64,000 nucleotides of DNA from Candidatus Poribacteria bacterium (GCA_965215015.1 OZ244042.1:1760001-1824000), one strand, 5' to 3'. Shown: positions 49,302 through 60,238, counted from the first letter of the stretch. Numbers and translations: made by a program. The notes: generated by a model from the letters alone, not told the origin.

Positions 49302-50054
49302 TTATGATTCGTGGAGACACCTCGGCAGCTTTCGCATCAATCGCTGCTCGCGTTCCGAGAACCCCGCCCAGACATATTCAGGAATCGGGTTCCGTTCCCG
49401 GTGTTCTCGCTGCATCCAGCCACGAAGGCAGGCAAATACCGCAACGGGACGTGGGGTGTCTGTGCGATTGGGTGTTCCTCGGTGCAGACAGCGCGGGTCT
49501 CGGATGAGGACATCCCCGACGTTCATCAGTAGCGGTTCAAGCGGGATCTCACCATCTTCAATCCGTCGCAACGCCTCCGTTTTTGGAAGCAGATGTGTCC
49601 CACGTGCGACCTCAAATGGTCCGTGTGCCGATGTAACATCAATAAAAGGGAAATTCACCGCAAGAATCGCAGGCGGATGTTGGAAATCGGGCTTTTCAGG
49701 GAAGAGGGGACCAACATCGCCATGAATTTCCTGATACACCGAACCCTTGAGCGGCGTATCGCTGGCGTACTGATCGATCGCGAAATCCTCCCCTAGCACT
49801 TGGCCCGCGATGGCGATAACCGTATCGTCGTCAAAGAAGCAGGGATCATACAACGGCGGCTCGAAAGGGAGTGTGATGTAATGCCTCGCTGGCCCGCGGT
49901 TTGGGTCGTCCCTATGTTCTGCGACATAATCGCGTAAGATTGGCGCAAAAGCTTCGTTGCAAACTTCAATAGCAGATATAGGAAACTGATCTCGCAGGAT
50001 GCAGAAACCGTCTACCAGAATTTGCTCCACCTTTCCCTGAACTTCCACTGACAT
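49302..50054 (-). CDS. PhyH family dioxygenase
   Basis: IHGD, GPFEVARGTH, LHRGTPN. Confidence 0.85.
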   Translation of the reverse strand: MSVEVQGKVEQILVDGFCILRDQFPISAIEVCNEAFAPILRDYVAEHRDDPNRGPARHYITLPFEPPLYDPCFFDDDTVIAIAGQVLGEDFAIDQYASDTPLKGSVYQEIHGDVGPLFPEKPDFQHPPAILAVNFPFIDVTSAHGPFEVARGTHLLPKTEALRRIEDGEIPLEPLLMNVGDVLIRDPRCLHRGTPNRTDTPRPVAVFACLRGWMQREHRERNPIPEYVWAGFSEREQRLMRKLPRCLHES

Positions 50055-50084
50055 TGTGTGATTCTCCTTGTTTCTTTCGTGCCA

Positions 50085-51093
50085 TCAAATCTGCGTCCGT
50101 CCCTGATAGATGAGGGGATGAACAATCCCAATATCCTCAATAGCAGCATTGAGGTCGCCCGGGAGTGCCCCACGAAGTGCAGCAGACATATTGAGTTCAA
50201 CCTCCCGGAGATTACTGAAACCAACGACGATGGATTGTTGCCTTTGCTCTGAAAGCATCCACCGGATGCAGAGTTCTGCCATGGGCATCCCAGCATCCGC
50301 ATGAATATCAAGGAACCTGAAATAGGATGCTTTGAAAGTCTCGTCCATCCAATCGGGAGGGCTCTCCTGCCATGCGTCTTGGGGAACAGCAAGCCAGCCT
50401 TTCATCAGCGGGGCACCAATTACAACGCCCACCCGTAGGTCTTGAGCGGTCGGGAACAGGAACTCAACGGCGTTCCTAAAGACCGGGTTGAATTGATGCG
50501 CTGTCATGACAGAATCAACCTCAACTACTTTCAGTATCCGTCCCAACAGGCGTGCATTTTTAGCTGTCAGCCCTATAAAACGCGCCTTACCACTACGCTT
50601 TGCATCTGCGAGGAATTCGACCGCTGGCGCATTAGAGAAGTTGTAGTTTCTATCATCCTCAATGAGTGCGCTCCAACTCCCCTCATTTTCACCATCGGGC
50701 ATATCGTCAGCCCACCACTTCAGAAAGTCTGCCTCGTGGATTTGAATAATGTCCACGTAATCGGTCTGAAGCCGCTGGAGAGAACCCTCGAATTGTTCCA
50801 TAAGCTGGGCGGCACTACGGTGCGCTTTCAAACTATAACGTTGGCGGTTTATAAATCCCACTTTGGTGGCAAGAATGACCTTATCCCGCTTTCCCTTCAG
50901 GGCAGCACCCAGCATGGTCTCATCCCTGCCGTCCCCGTAGTTTGCGGATGTGTCGAAATAGTTCACGCCGCGATCAACCGCATAGTCCACGCAACGATTC
51001 ACACCCTCCTGCCCCCTGACCTGCCATGAAAGCAGAACCAAGACCGAGCGCGCTGACATTGAGTCCTGTCTTACCAAGTATGCGTGTTTTCAT
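50085..51093 (-). pseudogene. Aldo/keto reductase with a +1 frameshift near the 5' end
   Basis: ATG 51093 gives canonical MKTRILGKTGLNVSALGLGS, one base out of frame with the body (GVNYFDTSANYG, LATK, SLQRLQTDYVD); the shift falls at a G5 run (51012-51016). Confidence 0.75.
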
Positions 51094-51201
51094 TTTCTTT
51101 CATTTTCATTCAATAAGCAATTAAATGTGAATCTCGTATTGATTCGCCCAGGCCCTTCGGACGTGGAAGGACAAATAATGACAGCTTTCAAGAGAGGATG
51201 T

Positions 51202-51591
51202 TCACCTAGTCAAGAAATCACAGAAATTCTGCAAGACCTCCGTCATCTGCGGGGTAAATGCAACCGTATCAGGATTAGCAACATACATGGAATGAAGTAA
51301 ATTTGCCAGATGGGTTAAATGGCGAATCACAGAAACACCTTCCGTGTAGGACATATCGGGGATCGAAAATTTTTGATGCCACTGTTGAATTGGTAGGTCG
51401 CCCGGCGTCACGTAAAGCGTTAGCCACGCCCACCCCTGATTCAGGTTCCAAGCCAGCTCAATCCACGGATTCGGTTCATAGGCATCAGCAGGAACACGCC
51501 GTATCCCTTCGGGAGGGATGTCGTTGGGATTCCGAAATTCCGTCCCTGGTCCTGCAGCGGGCGCGGCAGCGAATGGTCGATTTGTATCCAT
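51202..51591 (-). CDS. Hypothetical protein
   Basis: Clean ORF 18 bp downstream of the lipoprotein gene. Confidence 0.5.
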   Translation of the reverse strand: MDTNRPFAAAPAAGPGTEFRNPNDIPPEGIRRVPADAYEPNPWIELAWNLNQGWAWLTLYVTPGDLPIQQWHQKFSIPDMSYTEGVSVIRHLTHLANLLHSMYVANPDTVAFTPQMTEVLQNFCDFLTR

Positions 51592-51609
51592 GTATCCGTC
51601 ACTTTACAG

Positions 51610-52050
51610 TTATTGGTCGCTACCATGGGTTTGCATTTTGCGAAGAACAACTTTGCCGGGACTCTTGATTTTCAATGTCTCTGCCAGATATCCTTCGTTA
51701 ATAGCAATTTTGAGCACACTCTGCTCTATGCTGAAACGTACCAAATAATCTCCGACCGGTACATCACCGTAGTTTTCAACGTAGAGACAGTTGATTTTTT
51801 GCCCATCTTCAAATTCGACTGTGATAGCATCTTTTAGATTCCAGCCGATTGCAGTAAATGCGGCGGGTTTAATATCGGTTACGACGTTGGCATGGTTGTC
51901 AATCGCCGTAATTTGCCCCATAATTTCCTCATGGGTCACCTTTTCGGCTTTTGCCATACCCTCCTCTGTGCCTGTCTTTCCACTGCACCCCATCCATAAC
52001 ATTGTCCCAACCATCAAGGTCAGGGCATAAAACAAAAATTGGTGTTTCAC
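51610..52050 (-). CDS. Lipoprotein resembling the SAM hydrolase/halogenase C-terminal domain
   Basis: Lipobox WMG-C; GQITAIDNHANVVTDI...YGDVPVGD...KIAINEG..AETL. Confidence 0.65.
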   Translation of the reverse strand: MKHQFLFYALTLMVGTMLWMGCSGKTGTEEGMAKAEKVTHEEIMGQITAIDNHANVVTDIKPAAFTAIGWNLKDAITVEFEDGQKINCLYVENYGDVPVGDYLVRFSIEQSVLKIAINEGYLAETLKIKSPGKVVLRKMQTHGSDQ

Positions 52051-52300
52051 AGCAAATCTCCTTGTATATGTGTAGGTTAATTTTTTAAAACCGATAAGGC
52101 ACCAGAAACCGAGCTCTTAGCAAAAACTCGGTTTCTCTATCCTTAACGCAAGCTGCACATGTCGCCCCACTGGGGCTTTGATTTGATATGTGTGGATTAT
52201 GTATCTATACACTTCCTCGTTTATCTGCTTACGATGAAATGTTAATAGAACCTAGACTTGGGTTATCCTTATGTCTATATTCTCCTCCAAGTCAGATTGC

Positions 52301-53776
52301 TTAGTTGATATCGTTGATGTTCTTAGGGTAGGGACGTTGCCAATCTTCCTTACCAAACGTGGGATCACCAGCAAGCGGTTTAGAATAGACCCGTTTGCTC
52401 TCATGAGAGAGGCTTAATGAATTCATAATCTCTCGGGTCAATTCGGCATCCAATCTGATATACTCCTCCAAATATCGGTTGTCTTTCATAAGGTTATGTT
52501 GTTCGTTTGGATCTTCCGACAGATTAAAGAGCAACACCTCGCCGGTCGAGTATTTACACAGCTTCCACTGACCGTCATAAATCATCCAACCGCCCCCGAC
52601 CATGCCGATGACACGCTCCCTGTGATTTTTCCGCGGGATGTCGAGTTCGGGCAACGGTATCGAATCCATGTAGTCAGGGATCTCGCCCCCACCAAAATGT
52701 AGCATTGTTGCGGTCACATCGCCCAATTCCACCAGATCCGTACACGTCCGCGATTGGTCAGTCCAAGGCAGGTGAACTAAGAGCGGGACATGGATACTGG
52801 ATTCAAAGAACGTTCCCTTGCCGATGAAATTGTGATCACCAAGGTAATCACCGTGATCGCTGGAAAAAATGATAATTGTGTTATCTGACAGCTCTTTTTC
52901 GCGCAAGGCATCAAGTATTTGTCCGACTTCGTAGTCAATCTGTTTGACCAACCCTGCATAGTGGGCGCGAATCTTCTTCTTGTGCGCTTCCGTAAATTCG
53001 GTGTAATCGACACCGTTCCACGCTTGACGGTTGCCCTCAATATTTTGCCGACGGAGCCCGGGGGCGTCGCCATCTACTTCCGGGATGGAATCCGGCATGT
53101 CGGCCGGGTCAAAGGCATCTAAAAATTCGGCGTTGGGATCATAAGGACAGTGGGGCCCTGGAAAACCGACCATCATCGCAAAAGGGGTCTCATCGCCGTA
53201 GTTGCGGATAAAACGACACGCCTCCTGCCCCACAAAGTGATCGACCGAATAGCCCCAAGGAATCTTGTTGATGATCGCGCCCCTGTTTTCGTGATAGCCG
53301 CGGTGTTCGTTTCCGTGGAGTTTTCGGTAACCACCTTCCTTCAAAAAGTGATAGTAGTCATCGCGGATCTCCAGCCATCGTTTGTCTTCGGCCGCAACTC
53401 GGTACTGGAATCCCAGATTGATATCCCACGGATAGAAGTGCATCTTGCCGATGGCAGCAGTGTAATAGCCCTGTTTGGATAGCGTTTGGGGCCATGTTTC
53501 TATGCCGCCCGCAGCGAGGTCGGGATTTAGCCACTGACCGTTATCTGTCACACCGTTTTTGATTGCGTTGAGACCTGTTAGGAGTGACGCTCTGGCTGGC
53601 ACACATATTGGCGAGGCAGAATAGGCGCGCTCGTAACGCACACCGGACTCCGCAATGCTGTCGATATGGGGTGTATCAATGAAGGTTGCACCGTAGCAGC
53701 TCAGGAAATCCGCCCGCAGCTGATCGGGCATGATGAAAAGCAGATTCGGCTTCTTCGCCGTTTGGGGTTCGGACAT
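52301..53776 (-). CDS. Formylglycine-dependent sulfatase
   Basis: PNLLFIMPDQLR, CVPARASLLTG (CxPxR), GKMH, SDHGD. Confidence 0.92.
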   Translation of the reverse strand: MSEPQTAKKPNLLFIMPDQLRADFLSCYGATFIDTPHIDSIAESGVRYERAYSASPICVPARASLLTGLNAIKNGVTDNGQWLNPDLAAGGIETWPQTLSKQGYYTAAIGKMHFYPWDINLGFQYRVAAEDKRWLEIRDDYYHFLKEGGYRKLHGNEHRGYHENRGAIINKIPWGYSVDHFVGQEACRFIRNYGDETPFAMMVGFPGPHCPYDPNAEFLDAFDPADMPDSIPEVDGDAPGLRRQNIEGNRQAWNGVDYTEFTEAHKKKIRAHYAGLVKQIDYEVGQILDALREKELSDNTIIIFSSDHGDYLGDHNFIGKGTFFESSIHVPLLVHLPWTDQSRTCTDLVELGDVTATMLHFGGGEIPDYMDSIPLPELDIPRKNHRERVIGMVGGGWMIYDGQWKLCKYSTGEVLLFNLSEDPNEQHNLMKDNRYLEEYIRLDAELTREIMNSLSLSHESKRVYSKPLAGDPTFGKEDWQRPYPKNINDIN

Positions 53777-53807
53777 TTGATTCTCCTCAAAAGTTGCATG
53801 ATTCATA

Positions 53808-55010
53808 CTAAGAAACAGGGCGACGCTTCCCTATTCCTTCACGTCTCGCTACCTCGGAGATGAGATGCGTTGGGCGACGACGGTTGGGATTGGCGATTGC
53901 CCGCGGCGTGTCCCCACCTAGCGTTTCCGCTGAACGGATATATAGGCTACGATCGATAAGCGGGAGGTCTACCCGCACATTGCCCCGGCGGTGCGATTCA
54001 CGGATGGCGATGGCGAGTTCCAACAGATGGCGTCCCATATCGCCAGAACAGTTGGGCGTTTTACCCGTTTCAATACAGGTGATGGCATCCTTGACCTGTC
54101 CCACACCAGCACTCCAGATGCGTTGGGGACGCGGAAAGATGTGCCGCACCGGCGTGGCGGGCGCGTCGTCGGTGACGTGTCCCATTTTCCACAACTCGAA
54201 CTCATAGCCGTCGTTGGCGTTGCGGAGGTGAATCGTGCCGCGTTCACCGATTGCGTCAAGCGTCCATGTTGATGCCCCGCTCGGCAGCATGCGGCAGAAC
54301 CCGCGGACACCGTTTTCAAATGCTAGATAGGCGTTGCCTGCAAGGTCTGTATCGCCCGCGGCCTTTTCGTCGCTCTCTACCTCTCCCACAACCCAAGAAA
54401 CACGTTCACTCCCACCAGCCAGAACACACATCGCGCCGAGCCAGTGGACACCCATGTGGGACAGATTTCCCGCGCCGTGGGCGGTTATTTGCAGCATCAC
54501 CCCCAGCATACCTTCGTCGATAAGTGCCCGTGCCCTGCGATAGTATACATCAGAGGCGCGCATTGCGTTCATCATGAGGATGATACCAGCCTCGCGGCAG
54601 CCTTCGACCATCGCATCGGCGTCCTCCAGAGAAATCGCCATCGGCTTCTCCACCCAGATGCACTTCACACCGGTCCGCCCCTCACGTACCATACGCACGA
54701 TGTCCAGCGTAATCTTTGCGCGTGGCGCAGCGGAGGTGCAAATGCTCACGATGTCGGGCTTCTCGCGCTCAAGCATTTCCTCGTAGCTCTCATAAAGATG
54801 TGCGTCTTCAATGGTCCAGCGTTCACCAAATGCCTCACGTTGTTCGGCGTATAGGTCCGCGGCACCGACCACCTCTACTTCTGGTACGTCCATGTAGCTG
54901 CCCATGTGGCTGAACGGCACAAGCCAGCCATCGCCCACCACTTCGTCGTCGATGGTATCTGCGATACGTCCTAAACCGATAAGGGCTGCTCGATAACGTT
55001 TGTCGGTCAT
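53808..55010 (-). CDS. Gfo/Idh/MocA oxidoreductase
   Basis: IGLGRIA, PDIVSICT, VEKPMA. Confidence 0.88.
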   Translation of the reverse strand: MTDKRYRAALIGLGRIADTIDDEVVGDGWLVPFSHMGSYMDVPEVEVVGAADLYAEQREAFGERWTIEDAHLYESYEEMLEREKPDIVSICTSAAPRAKITLDIVRMVREGRTGVKCIWVEKPMAISLEDADAMVEGCREAGIILMMNAMRASDVYYRRARALIDEGMLGVMLQITAHGAGNLSHMGVHWLGAMCVLAGGSERVSWVVGEVESDEKAAGDTDLAGNAYLAFENGVRGFCRMLPSGASTWTLDAIGERGTIHLRNANDGYEFELWKMGHVTDDAPATPVRHIFPRPQRIWSAGVGQVKDAITCIETGKTPNCSGDMGRHLLELAIAIRESHRRGNVRVDLPLIDRSLYIRSAETLGGDTPRAIANPNRRRPTHLISEVARREGIGKRRPVS

Positions 55011-55112
55011 ATCGTTCTCCTAAATACCCGATGTGTCGCGCTATCGCCTCTGGTTTATTGAGCCAAGGCACTCTGACGCGACGCTGTTGGTATCTTCTAT
55101 TTTTCAACTCTT

Positions 55113-56639
55113 CTACGAATCCACGATTGGCGGATGGTTTCCAAGGATAGTCGGTGTAAGCCCAGGTATCTCCGTATCGATCGGAAAGTAGGGGCGTTTG
55201 AGATGTTTGTAGGGCAGGTGACGGCATGTCGCCGGTGTTGCGCCGGGCGTGTCAAGGATAAAAGCTGCTTTGGCAATCTCACCGTAAGCGAGGCGATAGT
55301 TCATCGGATTTTTGACGACGATGAACTTGGCATCAGGGGGCTGCAGTTCCATAGAACGAAATTGCTCATCCGCCCAGTCATAGGTGCCGTGGGTGGCAAT
55401 AAGTATCTGAATCCCACCTATTGTCAACACCGCCGATGGGCCCATGTTGCCCTCAACGCCATCCCAAATCCCACCGATATAGCGGAAGCGACCGTCACTC
55501 AAGCGAGTGACAGTTCCCGTAACAATCACCGGTTTACCCCAGCGCGGGTCCAACCGATGTCCCAGCGCAACTGTAACTTCCTGACCAACATCGGCTCGAT
55601 GACAAGCGGCGGCAGCTTCCGGATCCGCCACAGGTACGAGTGAAGGCCCTGTTACCTCTGCGTCAAGTAGTGCCATCAATGTGGCAACACTATCCCCCGC
55701 TGCACCGCCGCCACAACAATCCGCCGCTTCTACCAAGAGCACCGGACCACCATCTATCTCCAAACCCTTGGCAATGGCTTCGCTTGGGGTGTGGATATCG
55801 GGTTCAAGGTCAAACCGCCGCGTCCAGTACTGCCCGGCAAGCTGAGTTGCAAGCGATACCGCTGTCTCCATATCGTTATCTGTGATTACCAATGCACCGC
55901 TGCCCATGTCCGGCTGATCTAAGTAAGGATGAACCAAGAAAACGCTAGTGGACAGAACACCATCACGCCCTTCGTGTGCTTTGGCGGCACGCATAATCTG
56001 GGCAAAGGGGCCATCGCCTTCGGTCGAGCCGTGGATTGCGCCAGTAATCACCGGCACCTTCGCCATCGCCATGGTTGGACGGCAGCGTCCCGCCAGGGTA
56101 TCGCAGAGTAGTCGGGCACCGCGCACGCCGGTGGTAAACGTATCGCGGTGGGGATAGGTTTCCCACGCAACCAGCCCATCGGCGAAACGGGCCATGTCGG
56201 CGGTGACATGTGCGTGTAGGTCAAGTGTGACGACAATCGGTATCGCCTCCCCGACAATTGCACGCACCGCTTTGATGAGATCGCCCTCCGGGTCACCGAT
56301 GTTTTCAACTGTCGCAGCACCGTGCAGCGGCAACAACACACCATCAACGGGTAAGGCTGCATGTAAGCGGTCTATAAGTTCCGTCTTCAGTTGAGTATAA
56401 CACTCGGCAGTCAGGGGACCGCCGGGGCAGGTACTCGCGTAAATCAAGGGAACGACATCCGCTCCGTATTCGCGCATCACCTGCATCATCCCACCTACCA
56501 CGCCGGCGTCAACCAGTAAGACCTCTTCCCCCCGACATAGCTCATAACGCTCAAACCAGCCTATATCGATGGGCACTCCGCCAAATTCGTTGCACTCGGT
56601 GAGAATGGATCCGAGTGCAACGCGCGCTTTACCTTTCAT
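55113..56639 (-). CDS. M81 family metallopeptidase (MlrC-like)
   Basis: TECNEF, LPLHGA, DPEGDL, LDLHAH, TYPHRD, GGGAAGD. Confidence 0.88.
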   Translation of the reverse strand: MKGKARVALGSILTECNEFGGVPIDIGWFERYELCRGEEVLLVDAGVVGGMMQVMREYGADVVPLIYASTCPGGPLTAECYTQLKTELIDRLHAALPVDGVLLPLHGAATVENIGDPEGDLIKAVRAIVGEAIPIVVTLDLHAHVTADMARFADGLVAWETYPHRDTFTTGVRGARLLCDTLAGRCRPTMAMAKVPVITGAIHGSTEGDGPFAQIMRAAKAHEGRDGVLSTSVFLVHPYLDQPDMGSGALVITDNDMETAVSLATQLAGQYWTRRFDLEPDIHTPSEAIAKGLEIDGGPVLLVEAADCCGGGAAGDSVATLMALLDAEVTGPSLVPVADPEAAAACHRADVGQEVTVALGHRLDPRWGKPVIVTGTVTRLSDGRFRYIGGIWDGVEGNMGPSAVLTIGGIQILIATHGTYDWADEQFRSMELQPPDAKFIVVKNPMNYRLAYGEIAKAAFILDTPGATPATCRHLPYKHLKRPYFPIDTEIPGLTPTILGNHPPIVDS

Positions 56640-56930
56640 AACGATTCTCCGATTATATCCTTAACCGGTTAGGAGTTACGCCCTTGAGCTTGTAATAACA
56701 CCATTCAACCTGCGTCCAAAGTAGCATACTCCGTCTGCCATCCCCCACTTGCGGGGGGTGGTTCGTAGTAGCGCAATTCATTTCATAACGATTCTCCGAT
56801 TATATCCTTAACCGGTTAGGAGTTATGCCCTTGAGCTTGTAATAACACCATTCAACCCGTGTCCAAAGTAGCATACCCCGTCTGCTGTCCCCCCCGCTTG
56901 CGGGGGGTGGTTCGTAGTAGCGCAATTCAT
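56634..56930. repeat. About 147-bp tandem duplication of the M81 gene start, its upstream region and the left part of a family A MITE
   Basis: TTTCATAACGATTCTCC... begins at both 56634 and 56781; the copies differ at a few positions. Confidence 0.85.
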
Positions 56931-57102
56931 TGCGCGTGGAATGGCCAACCCCCCTAACTCCTCACAAACAGGCGGATGGCACGGGGGCGTGCTACTATTA
57001 TAGAAGTCCAGGCTCAATTCACCAAACACGGTCGCACAACATACCGGGTATTTGATGAGTCCCCGAACTACGAGGCCTAAACATTCAACTGAGTAAGCCC
57101 TA
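56817..57102. mobile_element. Family A MITE
   Basis: TAGGAGTTATGC...TGAGTAAGCCCTA; flanks ACCGGT / ACCAGT. Confidence 0.65.
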
Positions 57103-57122
57103 CCAGTTTCTAACGCTCGCAA

Positions 57123-57992
57123 CTACGCGGGGGCACCGACAGGTTCACCGTCTTGGCAGACTCTAGGGAAATGTTCGCCAGCTTCAGCCATAGGCTCGCC
57201 ATCTTCCAGTGTTACAAACTGCTTCATTAAATGCTGACCGCTTGCCACAAAACGCGATTCCCCGGTCATGTAGTGAATAGCGATAGCGCGCCGTGGTCGA
57301 TCTGAGTGGTTGAAAGGCGAACCGTGCCAAGTCAGAGAATGATGGAATGACACCTCACCACTCTTGACGGGCCTGGGTTGTGGGACCACAGCTTTGACTT
57401 CAGAATCGGCGGGCGGGGAAAACCCTTGAATGTCCATGAATTCTTCGCGCTGTTCAAGGTGTTGTTGGGTGCGAAGAAAATCCATCTGATCCCCCCATTT
57501 GTAGCTGCCGGGCACCATCCACATACAACCATTGTCCTCGTCGGCATCATCCAAGGCGATCCACGCTGATACAGGCGTCATCGGGAGGATAATGGGCCAC
57601 AGCGGGGCATCTTGGTGCCATCGGGTTGCACCACCGTGGTTGGGGGGTTTGTACTGAATCTGGTCGTGCCAGACCATTAGATCGGGGGCATCCGTCAACT
57701 GACTTATTCCCTTAACGATGGCTGGGTGATAGATCAACCGTCTAAAGGCTGAGGACGCCTCCCAGATATTGACAATTTGCCAAACGGCGAGTGCAGCAAG
57801 TTCGTCACCTCGCTGGGACATGTTGCGAAACGACACCGGCTGCGGCTCCTCGCTGGCAAAGCCATCGGGCCCTTTCTCCAAGATGCAATCTAAATCCGCC
57901 CTCAGTCCCTCCAATTCATCATCGGTGAGGATGCAACCACCGTTAAGGAAGCCGTTGCGATGAAACTCGTCAATTTGCGATGGTGTTAGCAT
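57123..57992 (-). CDS. PhyH family dioxygenase
   Basis: QYKPP, WHQDA, WIALDDA..NGCMWMVPGS, WHGS. Confidence 0.9.
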   Translation of the reverse strand: MLTPSQIDEFHRNGFLNGGCILTDDELEGLRADLDCILEKGPDGFASEEPQPVSFRNMSQRGDELAALAVWQIVNIWEASSAFRRLIYHPAIVKGISQLTDAPDLMVWHDQIQYKPPNHGGATRWHQDAPLWPIILPMTPVSAWIALDDADEDNGCMWMVPGSYKWGDQMDFLRTQQHLEQREEFMDIQGFSPPADSEVKAVVPQPRPVKSGEVSFHHSLTWHGSPFNHSDRPRRAIAIHYMTGESRFVASGQHLMKQFVTLEDGEPMAEAGEHFPRVCQDGEPVGAPA

Positions 57993-58125
57993 AGCGATAC
58001 ATCTCCATATTTATAGTTTGCCCCGGACAGCGTGATAGTTGTAACTGCAAAGCTTCCGCCTATACAGTGTTTCCTTACCCTACTAAGGAAGGGCAGCGGC
58101 TGGCAGATTAACAAAACAGCAGAGG

Positions 58126-59013
58126 CTACCTCTCCCCCGGATTCGACATTCCACCTGCTTCCCAACGTTCGGACAACGCTGCACACTCGGCAGCGACCTG
58201 TTCTGCTGTCTCTTCTGTACGTCCCGCCAACGCCTCTATCGTCCACGCACCGTCAAAGCCAATCGCTGAAAGTGCCTCCCCCAAGGCAGACCAGTCAATG
58301 ACGCCGTGTCCCGGAACCCAGTGACAGTCAGCCTGTCCATCGACATCCTGTATGTGCAGCGCATAAAGCCTTTCTGAGGCGATCCGTGCCTGCTCCGCCG
58401 GATCGAGACCACTGATACAGGCGTGACCTGTGTCCAAGCAAAGCCCCACATGTTCAGGTGGAAAGCCAGCGATGAACGCGCGTAGTTCCTCCATAGACCT
58501 CAGTGGACGACACGGCAAGCTTGTATTCGGTAGGTTCTCCAGTGCAATACGGACTCCGGTTTCCGCCGCAACCGGAACCAATTCACTCACAGAGCGATGG
58601 ATACGTTCCGCCGCCGCGCCGATGTTCTCCAATGCGTAAGGCGGTTCTTCGGGGCTGGGGCTGCCTGTTGGGTGGACAATCGCAGCCCGCCCACCAAGCT
58701 CCCCGAGAAACCGCATTGCATCCCCAATACGCGCAACGCTGTCCCGCCGAATCGCCTCGATCGAGCTTGCCAAATTCACGCCCGACATAGGTGTGTGTAT
58801 TGTGTGGGGAAAGATCTTAAATCGCTCCAACGCATCACGACACGGCCCCGCGTCGTGTGAACCCGGCTGCTGCCACTCATCGCCTTCAGCCATCAGTTCG
58901 GTTTCGCTGAAACCAGCGGCAGCGATCGACTCAAGTGCCGCTACGGGGTCATGTCTGGCTTCGCTCTCCGCGTCAAGAAAGAAAAGCCCCGAAGCTAAAC
59001 TGTATGTAGCCAC
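58126..59013 (-). CDS. Sugar phosphate isomerase/epimerase (xylose isomerase-like TIM barrel)
   Basis: IALENL, LDTGH, LHIQD, HWVPGHGVIDW, TIE. Confidence 0.88.
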   Translation of the reverse strand: MATYSLASGLFFLDAESEARHDPVAALESIAAAGFSETELMAEGDEWQQPGSHDAGPCRDALERFKIFPHTIHTPMSGVNLASSIEAIRRDSVARIGDAMRFLGELGGRAAIVHPTGSPSPEEPPYALENIGAAAERIHRSVSELVPVAAETGVRIALENLPNTSLPCRPLRSMEELRAFIAGFPPEHVGLCLDTGHACISGLDPAEQARIASERLYALHIQDVDGQADCHWVPGHGVIDWSALGEALSAIGFDGAWTIEALAGRTEETAEQVAAECAALSERWEAGGMSNPGER

Positions 59014-59047
59014 TATAACCTCCTACTTTTATTATTTAGTAGATGAC

Positions 59048-59728
59048 CTACGCTTCATCAAGCATCTGTTGAATGCGCTCCGTAACGCCTACGACAACGG
59101 CGTCGAGAATCTGTCCGCCCTTCGGGATACTTGCCAACTTTGCGTTGTCGTAGTTGACCTCGTCCGCGCGGATACGCTCCGGAAAAACGACCATCGCAAA
59201 TGAGGTCTCAAACTCACCGGCGTGGCCCGCACTCCGCTCCAACTCTAGATTCGCCTCATAAAAGGATTGCGGAGCAGTCTCCCAATAGGTCACATACGTG
59301 ACACCCATATCATCAAGCCGCTTCATCTGGTCGGGAGCGACAGGCTCCAGATTCTCTCGCTTGTTGCCACCGTGCCCGTTGAGCACCATGACTTTCGGGA
59401 CACCTAACCGTTTCAGGCTATGACACACATCGTGGACATATTCAAGATGGATCTCCGGACGTATCGTCAAAGCACCGCCCCGATTCATGTGGTGCTCCGA
59501 CACAGACATGGGGACGGTGGGTGTGACCAGCACATGGGGATAAAAGTTCGTCGCAGCCCGCTTGGCAATTTCTGTGACACTGGCAGTATCGTGAATCATT
59601 GCCAGATGGTCTTGATGCTGTTCGCAGGCACCTGTTGGGACAATTGCCCCCTTCACAGTGCCGCTGGAGATGGCTTCCCCCAGTTCTTTCCGTGTCAGTT
59701 CACCTAAAAATACGTTGTTGTCTAGCAT
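59048..59728 (-). CDS. Creatininase/amidohydrolase family protein
   Basis: PTGACEQH.DHL..HD, NGHGGN, HAGEFETS; GAGG before ATG 59728. Confidence 0.88.
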   Translation of the reverse strand: MLDNNVFLGELTRKELGEAISSGTVKGAIVPTGACEQHQDHLAMIHDTASVTEIAKRAATNFYPHVLVTPTVPMSVSEHHMNRGGALTIRPEIHLEYVHDVCHSLKRLGVPKVMVLNGHGGNKRENLEPVAPDQMKRLDDMGVTYVTYWETAPQSFYEANLELERSAGHAGEFETSFAMVVFPERIRADEVNYDNAKLASIPKGGQILDAVVVGVTERIQQMLDEA

Positions 59729-60238
59729 TGATATTCCCTCTGATTTGTTAAAGCAACGGTTATGCAAAAAAAATAGTGCATATTGCACCAATGGTGCGAG
59801 TTTGCAACTGTTAATACACTCTCCAATTAAAGACCAAGCCTGAAACCGACAGTAGTAGGCATACGCCGTATACCCTCCCCGTTGTCCCAATGACAGCACG
59901 GCGGAGCGTGTCTACTACTTTAGGATTAGCTGTCACCGCCCGAGGAATCGGACGGTGAGCGGTATCTTCACCTAATTTGTAATCATGGCGCAGAGTCTGA
60001 CCTCGCTGAAATCAGGGTTGCCTAAAGCACCAACATAGGACTTCTGTCTGTCAATTTTCCAAAATTGACACTATGGACATTTCGGTGTCGAGGTATGTAT
60101 CTTGACCGATGTGGAAACCACAACTTCACCAACTTGCACCAAAGATTATTGAGGATAGGAATTAGTTGGGCACGAAGGAAGAGTAGAAGAATGGGAGATG
60201 CCCCTCCTACCTGTGTGGTCTATATCGCAAAATTTCAA

